This document shows, one piece after another, positions 58,015 to 62,306 of a stretch of DNA of 62,306 nucleotides. This stretch comes from an uncultured bacterium (lineage in GTDB: Bacteria; Chloroflexota; Limnocylindria; QHBO01): positions 1-62,306 of the forward strand of contig CBFGTN010000006.1 of assembly GCA_965652075.1 (NCBI GenBank), given 5' to 3'. How positions within the stretch are numbered: the stretch's first letter is position 1; each line of letters starts with the position of its first letter. The position numbers and the translations under genes were made by a program. Below the pieces are notes generated by a model. The model had not been told where the DNA came from. It made no database searches and was given only the letters and a program-made list of their open reading frames with translations.

Positions 58015-58977
58015 GTGCTGAAGCAGGAGAGCAGACCCCAGTCAGCTCAGGTGGAGACGACCACCGAGCTGTGGGCGTTCTTCCGTGGCGAATTCGTGCC
58101 CTTGCGCGATGCGAACATCAACGTCATGACCCACGGCTTCAACTACGGCACGGCCGTGTTCGAGGGGATCCGCGCCTACTGGAACGCGGAGGAGGAGCAG
58201 CTCTTCGCCCTCGAGCTCGTACCGCACTACGAGCGGATCCACGCGTCCGCTCGCCTCCTGATGATGGAGGTTCGCCAGTCGCCCGAGGAGCTCGCCGAGA
58301 TTACCGTCGAGCTCCTTCGTCGTGATGGGCTGCGCGAGGACGTGTACCTCCGGCCGATCGTGTACAAGAGCTCGGAGTCGATCGGCGTGCGCCTGCACAA
58401 CCTCGACGCCGACATCACGATCTTCGGCGTCCCGTTCGGGCAGTACATCGACACCGAGGGCGGGATCCGCGCCCAGGTCAGCAGCTGGCGCCGGACCGAC
58501 GACAACGCGATCCCGGCACGCGGCAAGATCACCGGCGCGTACGTGAACGGTGCGCTCGCGAAGAGCGAGGCGCAGCTCAACGGCTTTGACGAGGCGATCG
58601 TCCTCACCGCGGACGGCCACGTCAGCGAGGGGAGCGCGGAGAACCTGTTCCTGGCCAAGGGCGGCGTGCTCCTCACCCCGTCGGTCACCGACAACATCCT
58701 CGAGGGCATCACCCGGCGGCGCCTGATCACGATCGCCCGCGACGACCTGGGCCTCGAGGTCCGGGAGCGCCAGATCGATCGCACCGAGCTCTACGCCGCC
58801 GATGAGGTCTTCCTGTGCGGCACCGGCGCGCAGATCAGCCCGGTGATCGAGATCGACCGACGCACCATTGCCAACGGCCGGCCCGGCCCGATCACCCGTG
58901 AGCTGTCGCGCACCTACTTCGACGCGGTGCGCGGGCGCCTGCCCGCCTACCGCGACTGGCTCACCCCCGTCTACTAG
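58015..58977 (+). CDS. ilvE: Branched-chain amino acid aminotransferase
   Basis: HGFNYGTAVFEGIRAY, K..GAY.N, EGSAENLF, LEGITR, EVFLCGT; SD AGGAGG. Confidence 0.95.
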   Translation: MLKQESRPQSAQVETTTELWAFFRGEFVPLRDANINVMTHGFNYGTAVFEGIRAYWNAEEEQLFALELVPHYERIHASARLLMMEVRQSPEELAEITVELLRRDGLREDVYLRPIVYKSSESIGVRLHNLDADITIFGVPFGQYIDTEGGIRAQVSSWRRTDDNAIPARGKITGAYVNGALAKSEAQLNGFDEAIVLTADGHVSEGSAENLFLAKGGVLLTPSVTDNILEGITRRRLITIARDDLGLEVRERQIDRTELYAADEVFLCGTGAQISPVIEIDRRTIANGRPGPITRELSRTYFDAVRGRLPAYRDWLTPVY

Positions 58978-59037
58978 GAGGGCACGCGGCGGATCGGATC
59001 GGCGCCCACGCCGGCCGCCCGGCCGGCAGGCGCATCG

Positions 59038-60531
59038 ATGACCACGTCGGAGCCCCGCGAACGCTACGGACTGCTCGTCCGGCTCCTCGAGATGGTGCCG
59101 GGCACGATCTCGTGGGCAGTGCTCATCCTGCCGATCTGGCTGAGCTTCAGCTACCCGGCGCTCGTCGCCCTGTTCGTCCTGTCATTCGACTTCTACTGGC
59201 TCTGCCGCGCGCTGTGGTTCAGCGGCGCGGTGATCGTCGCCTTCCGACGCATCCGCGCCGTCCAGCGCGTCGACTGGACGGAGCGGCTCGCGCGCGAGGC
59301 GGTCCCCGGCAGCGACGAGCTCATTCACCTCGCCCTGATCCCGACGTACACCGAGTCGCTGGACAAGCTCCGGTTCACGGTGCGTGCTCTGGCCCAGGCT
59401 CGGTGGCCGACGGAGCGCAAGATCTGCGCGATCATCACGCGCGAGACCGACGAGGGCGGGATCGAGAACGTCGGGATCCTGCGCGAGGAGTTCGGTGACG
59501 CGTTTGCCGAGTTCATCCACATCCTGGATCCCCTCGAGCCCGGGATCGTCGTCGGCAAGAGCAGCGCGATGGCCTGGGGCGGCCGATACCTGCACCGGAT
59601 CCTCGTACGCGAGCGCGGCATGGACCCGCGCCGGATCATGGTCACCGACCTCGACGCCGACTATCGGGTCCACCCGGACTACTTCGCCTATCTGGCGTGG
59701 ACGCATCTGACCGATCCCAACCGCGAGACGCAGCTCTACCAGCCGATTCCGTACTTCCACAACAACATCTGGCAGGCGCCCCTGTTCCAACGCCTCTTCG
59801 CGGCCGTGCTGACCCAGCTCCAGATGTGGCGGAGCGTCCTGCCGGAGAAGCTGCAGAGCTTCGGCTCCTACTCGACGACGCTGCACCTCGTCCACGACGT
59901 CGGATACTGGGCCACCGACGCGATCCCGGAGGACTCCCGCTTCTACTGGAAGAGCTACTTCCGGTACGGCGACCGGTTCCGCGCCGTGCCCTTGTTCATC
60001 CCGATCTACGGCGACGCGGTCAGGGCGCGCGGCTACTGGCGGAGCATGGCCGAGCAGTACCTGCAGGCCCGGCGCTGGGCGTGGGGCGTGACCGACATCC
60101 CGTACGTCATCGAGAACTCGATCGCGCACAGCGAGATCCCGTTCTGGAGCCGCGCGTGGCGGGTGATGAACCTCTTCGGCGAGCACATCAACTGGGCGAT
60201 CGCGCCGTTTGTCGTGATGTTCGGCGCCGCGATCCCGATCCTCATCAACCCCGCCTTCGCCGAGACGACGCTGGGTCAGAACTTGCCGCTGTTCGCGGGC
60301 GTGATGCTCACGATGGCGCTCGTCAGCCTGCTCGTGCTCGTCGTCGTCGAGCACTTCATCGTGCCGCCGCGTCCGCCGACGTGGGGACCGGTCCAGCGGA
60401 CGATCAGCTACGTCCAGTGGCTCGGCCTGCCGTTCGTCGGGATCTTCTTCAGCAACCTGCCGGCGCTGGACGCTCAGACCCGGCTGCTCACGGGGCGCTA
60501 CCTCGAGTATCGGGTGACCGAGAAGGCATGA
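59038..60531 (+). CDS. Membrane-embedded processive-type GT2 glycosyltransferase
   Basis: IPTYTE, GKSS, DLDAD (DxD), PED, QARRW (QxxRW); N- and C-terminal TMs. Confidence 0.88.
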   Translation: MTTSEPRERYGLLVRLLEMVPGTISWAVLILPIWLSFSYPALVALFVLSFDFYWLCRALWFSGAVIVAFRRIRAVQRVDWTERLAREAVPGSDELIHLALIPTYTESLDKLRFTVRALAQARWPTERKICAIITRETDEGGIENVGILREEFGDAFAEFIHILDPLEPGIVVGKSSAMAWGGRYLHRILVRERGMDPRRIMVTDLDADYRVHPDYFAYLAWTHLTDPNRETQLYQPIPYFHNNIWQAPLFQRLFAAVLTQLQMWRSVLPEKLQSFGSYSTTLHLVHDVGYWATDAIPEDSRFYWKSYFRYGDRFRAVPLFIPIYGDAVRARGYWRSMAEQYLQARRWAWGVTDIPYVIENSIAHSEIPFWSRAWRVMNLFGEHINWAIAPFVVMFGAAIPILINPAFAETTLGQNLPLFAGVMLTMALVSLLVLVVVEHFIVPPRPPTWGPVQRTISYVQWLGLPFVGIFFSNLPALDAQTRLLTGRYLEYRVTEKA

Positions 60532-60535
60532 GCCG

Positions 60536-61633
60536 ATGACGAGCCGAGGGTCGCCGATCGCTCGGGTTCGCCTGGCCCGCTCCCTCCCGCGGCTGCTCGC
60601 GCTCCCGATCATCCTGATCGCGCTCGGCGCCGGCGCGATCGGTGCCGGCCGGCTCGTGGTCGAGGGCACGCTCGGCCTTGCGCTCGTGGTCGTTGGAGCG
60701 GCCGTCGCGCTCATCGGCCTTGCCGCCGCCGTCGTGCTGCTCACCCTCCGGCTCGACGTCGAGGAGGCGTCCGTTCGGATTCACTGGCTGGGCGGCGACA
60801 GGGTGTACGTCCTGACGTCCGGGCCGGTGACCCGCGTTCGCCTGACGGGCGCGAACGCGTCCAGGGTCCGCGTGCGTTCGGGACCGTTCGGGTGGGGCCT
60901 CGGCCGGGCCGTCCTCCGCGGCGAGGAAACGATCCACATCGTGCGCCTGGCGCCGACGGCCAGTGTCATCCTGGTCCCCACCGAGCGGGGCAGGCTGGCG
61001 ATTGCGCCGGCGCGCGACGAGGATCTGCTCGACGCCCTGTCCCGGGCCGCGCGAGCTCGGCAGGAGACCGAGGCGCATGCGGCCGAGGAGGCGGCGGCGC
61101 ACGAGCCGACGCTCGAGCCGATGGAGGCCGAGGCGATCGCACCGCCCGAGCCGGAGCCGCCGCGGCCGATGACCGGGATCGAGCGCGCGATGCTCGAGGC
61201 CCGCCTCGCCGAGGAGGCCGCCATGGCCGAGCTGGCAGCGGCAGCCGCTCTCGAGGCACAGGGCGACGAGCCCGAGGCCGCCCCCGCGGCGGATGCGGAG
61301 ATCGAGGCCGCGCCAGCGGACGTCGCGCCGCCGGTCTCGAAGAGGCGCCGGCCGCGGGTCGGCGTCCCGCGACCTGGAGCGCGTGCGGCGTTCGTCCTGC
61401 TTCCGCTCATCGGCGCCGGGCTGGCCTGGGGCGCGGGCCTGGCGACCGGACGCATGCCGGCGTCGGGGAGCGACCTGGCGCGGCTCACGACGTTCGCGCT
61501 CGTCATGGCCGGCCCGGCGACCTCGGTCGGGGCCGTCATGGCCCTCGCCTGGTGGCCGCGACTCGTCGGCGTCGTCGTCACCGGCGGGCTCGTGGCGTCG
61601 GTCTTCATCGGGCGTGCCCTGATCGCGCCCTGA
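60536..61633 (+). CDS. Membrane protein with bacterial PH-like domain and acidic linker
   Basis: Two TM, beta-rich domain (VILVPTERGRLAIAP), Glu/Ala/Pro linker, three C-terminal TM. Confidence 0.7.
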   Translation: MTSRGSPIARVRLARSLPRLLALPIILIALGAGAIGAGRLVVEGTLGLALVVVGAAVALIGLAAAVVLLTLRLDVEEASVRIHWLGGDRVYVLTSGPVTRVRLTGANASRVRVRSGPFGWGLGRAVLRGEETIHIVRLAPTASVILVPTERGRLAIAPARDEDLLDALSRAARARQETEAHAAEEAAAHEPTLEPMEAEAIAPPEPEPPRPMTGIERAMLEARLAEEAAMAELAAAAALEAQGDEPEAAPAADAEIEAAPADVAPPVSKRRRPRVGVPRPGARAAFVLLPLIGAGLAWGAGLATGRMPASGSDLARLTTFALVMAGPATSVGAVMALAWWPRLVGVVVTGGLVASVFIGRALIAP

Positions 61634-61689
61634 ACCGGCCTCCGATTGACACCGAGCGGCGGCGGCTGCGACCATCGCCGCCCAACCGA

Positions 61690-61953
61690 AGAGCGGCGAC
61701 GACGGAGACGCGATCGCGCCGGCGACGAGCCATGAGCGAGCCCGAATGGTGTGAGCGGGCGGCATCGGCCGTGCACGGTCATCACTCCCGAGCCGGAAGC
61801 GCCAAGCGGGCGGCGGCCCGTGGGTAACGCTTCCCGGGACGCCCCCGATAGCGAGGCGAGCGAGTGGGTCGCTGCCGCGAGGCATCGGCCAAGCGCGGGT
61901 GGTACCGCGGGATCTCAAGCCCATCCCGTCCCGGATCTCGGGACGGGCGTTTT
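61690..61953 (+). promoter_or_regulatory. Isoleucine T-box riboswitch (transcription attenuator)
   Basis: Stem I GAGCGAG..GGTGTGAG, specifier ATC at 61781, T-box AAGCGCGGGTGGTACCGCG at 61891-61909, terminator CCCGTCCCG/CGGGACGGG plus TTTT at 61925-61953. Confidence 0.9.
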
Positions 61954-61978
61954 CGTATCTGGAGAGCAACGAAGAGCG

Positions 61979-62306
61979 GTGTTCAAGCCCGTCGACAGCA
62001 AGCTGGACGTGCCCCAGCTGGAGCAGGAGGTCATCGAGCGCTGGCGCGAGCGCGACACGATGGCCCGCTACCTGGCGCGCAATGCCGAGTCCGAGCGGCG
62101 CTTCAGCTTCCTGGACGGGCCGATCACGGCGAACAATCCGATGGGCGTCCATCACGCCTGGGGCCGCACGTACAAGGACCTGTACCAGCGGTATCACACG
62201 ATGCTCGGGGAGCGGCAGCGCTACCAGAACGGCTTCGACTGCCAGGGGCTCTGGATCGAGGTCGAGGTCGAGAAGGAGCTCGGCTTCAACAACAAGCGCC
62301 AGATCG
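61979..62306 (+). CDS. ileS: Isoleucine--tRNA ligase type 2 (3' truncated by window edge)
   Basis: [61 protein letters not shown]; Ile T-box upstream. Confidence 0.95.
   Translation, partial: MFKPVDSKLDVPQLEQEVIERWRERDTMARYLARNAESERRFSFLDGPITANNPMGVHHAWGRTYKDLYQRYHTMLGERQRYQNGFDCQGLWIEVEVEKELGFNNKRQI

Overview
High-GC bacterial chromosomal segment, mostly housekeeping genes. The taxon is probably Chloroflexota-like and monoderm; this is inferred from a GAAC-N4-GTTC LexA box, whiA, gpmI, TatAC, secretin-less Tad genes and a terminator-type T-box. The + strand backbone is polA-mutM-coaE-uvrB-uvrA-uvrC-secD-secF-recJ-pyrF-tatAC-HDAC-rapZ-yvcK-whiA-tpiA-gpmI-secG, then tRNA clusters, lemA-htpX, rpsF-ssb-rpsR, a CaCA antiporter, ilvE, a GT2 and the 5' end of ileS. 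Accessory units are interspersed, many on the - strand: a STAND-type adenylate cyclase, Tad pilus genes split over two sites, an ABC-2 exporter, LacI plus GH1, and a compact UvrD-like helicase. Nine tRNAs, a yybP-ykoY riboswitch, an Ile T-box, an SOS box and a CelR-like operator are visible. No CRISPR array, integrase or transposase was seen. The most notable items are IleRS2 with a GVHH motif in place of HIGH, a Mn-riboswitch-controlled CaCA antiporter, a uvrB-coupled HicB/degenerate-DinB plus atypical UDG module, a split Tad system with Ca-loop minor pilins and a shared promoter palindrome, a sigma54-like promoter before a stress-type cassette next to tRNA-Leu, and pervasive leaderless genes. 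I did not find an unambiguous novel system. All family assignments come from motif recognition by eye, not database searches.
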